A DNA stretch of 32,000 nt from positions 30,001-62,000 of the forward strand of contig NZ_CP045921.1 of the NCBI RefSeq assembly GCF_025273655.1, given 5' to 3'. Source of the DNA: Candidatus Saccharimonadota bacterium. Its GTDB lineage: Bacteria > Patescibacteriota > Saccharimonadia > Saccharimonadales > Saccharimonadaceae. Every line of letters begins with the position of its first letter. Position 1 is the stretch's first letter. This document shows, piece after piece, positions 31,153 to 32,000 of this stretch. The notes below the pieces were generated by a model that worked only from the letters and a program-made list of their open reading frames with translations, had not been told where the DNA came from and ran no database searches. Position numbers and translations under genes: made by a program.

Positions 31153-32000
31153 AGTGAGGCCGAAGCAGCTGCGCGATGCCATCGCGGTAAGTGGTAATAC
31201 GAAATTCCGGAAAGCGTTTTGTGAATTTTGTTGAGACGAAAATGTTATTGCGGGCGTAGCGCGATAATAACTCTTGAGCTTCTCTTAACTGCGGGTTAAA
31301 CACACCGCCGATTTTGAACATGACCAGCGGGACCACCGTATACGGAAGGTCGCGGCCTTTGATCTGGGAGGCAGCCGCTATCAGGCTTTTGTAGGTCAAC
31401 CGGTTATCATCACACGGCAGGTGCCATGTCTGGTCGTACACGTCCGGCGTATTGCCAATGAGTGCCATTGCCCGGCTGGCGTCAGGCGTCCAAATCAGGG
31501 TCCGAAGCGTCTTGTCGCTGATGGGCACGCGGGCTTTTTTGCCGTGCTTGATCGCATCGAAAATCGCCGTGTTCGTCAAGCTTTGGGTCTTGCCGGGTCC
31601 ATAAAATTCCGGCGCCCGGCAGATAACGGCCTTGATGCGACCGGCGTTCATTTCGTCGAGCAGCAGGGTGGCGATGTTCGCTCGAACGGTTGCTTTTCGC
31701 CCGACGGGCACGAAAGGTGCCTCTTCGGTTTGCGGCTCGGCAGTTTTCGGGTACATGTAGGTGTTATCGAAAAAGACAAGTTTGCAATGATGTTTTTTAC
31801 ACGCGTCGATCACGTTTTTCATCATGATCGGGAACTGCTCTTCCCATAGCTTTGCATCCATAGGCAGGCCGACGGTAAAATAGGCGATATCACTGCCTTC
31901 GACGGCCCTGTCGGCCGCGTCGGCGTCCAGCAGGTTGGCGGCCATAAGCTGGTCCGATTCGTGAACTTTACGCGGATGCCGACTGACGAGGCGAATATCG
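31151..32000 (-). CDS. NAD(P)-dependent epimerase/dehydratase-type SDR family oxidoreductase, 5' end beyond the window
   Basis: The frame stays open upstream of the ORF-track ATG to the window edge (DIRLVSRHPRKVHESDQLMAANLLD...). The Rossmann GxxGxxG motif is not yet reached. Extended-SDR-like body. Confidence 0.7.
   Translation of the reverse strand, partial: DIRLVSRHPRKVHESDQLMAANLLDADAADRAVEGSDIAYFTVGLPMDAKLWEEQFPIMMKNVIDACKKHHCKLVFFDNTYMYPKTAEPQTEEAPFVPVGRKATVRANIATLLLDEMNAGRIKAVICRAPEFYGPGKTQSLTNTAIFDAIKHGKKARVPISDKTLRTLIWTPDASRAMALIGNTPDVYDQTWHLPCDDNRLTYKSLIAAASQIKGRDLPYTVVPLVMFKIGGVFNPQLREAQELLSRYARNNIFVSTKFTKRFPEFRITTYRDGIAQLLRPH

Noticed and set aside
31983-31990. CTGACGAG hammerhead-like box near the window end
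   Set aside because: It lies inside the SDR coding region, has no flanking stem I/II/III complementarity and no GAAA box, and the window ends before any context.

Overview
The window reads as a compact, gene-dense bacterial chromosome under the standard genetic code (TGA and TAA both act as stops). A likely Patescibacteria/Saccharibacteria-like origin is inferred only from the three TrbC/VirB2-like small pilin paralogs and the MurE/FemX-type wall genes.

Housekeeping genes: hsp20, comF, two tRNA-Ser genes, a HIT protein, rlmH, valS, a FemAB-family transferase, tsaD and murE.

Accessory block (about 6.7-21.2 kb): a leftward ABC-2 exporter operon, a DUF347-like membrane protein, and an overlapping DedA/PAP2 pair. 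Next come two paralogous OmpR/histidine-kinase pairs bracketing an FMN-binding protein, ApbE and an RnfD-like/FNR-like fusion. The block ends with a replication-relaxation-like gene and an IS1595-family transposase.

Main findings:
- A complete type III hammerhead ribozyme at 21713-21766, ending 1 nt before the rlmH ATG.
- A tandem, tRNA-Ser-derived structured repeat in the leader of tRNA-Ser(GCU).
- A 33/36-nt inverted repeat pair 14.4 kb apart, whose right copy is the transposase-proximal IS end.
- A flavinylation/transmembrane-reductase module flanked by duplicated two-component systems.
- An SRPBCC gene interrupted by one in-frame TAA.
- A recurrent leaderless promoter-ATG architecture.

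No rRNA genes or CRISPR arrays are present. All calls come from reading the sequence and ORF translations by eye; no database search was run.
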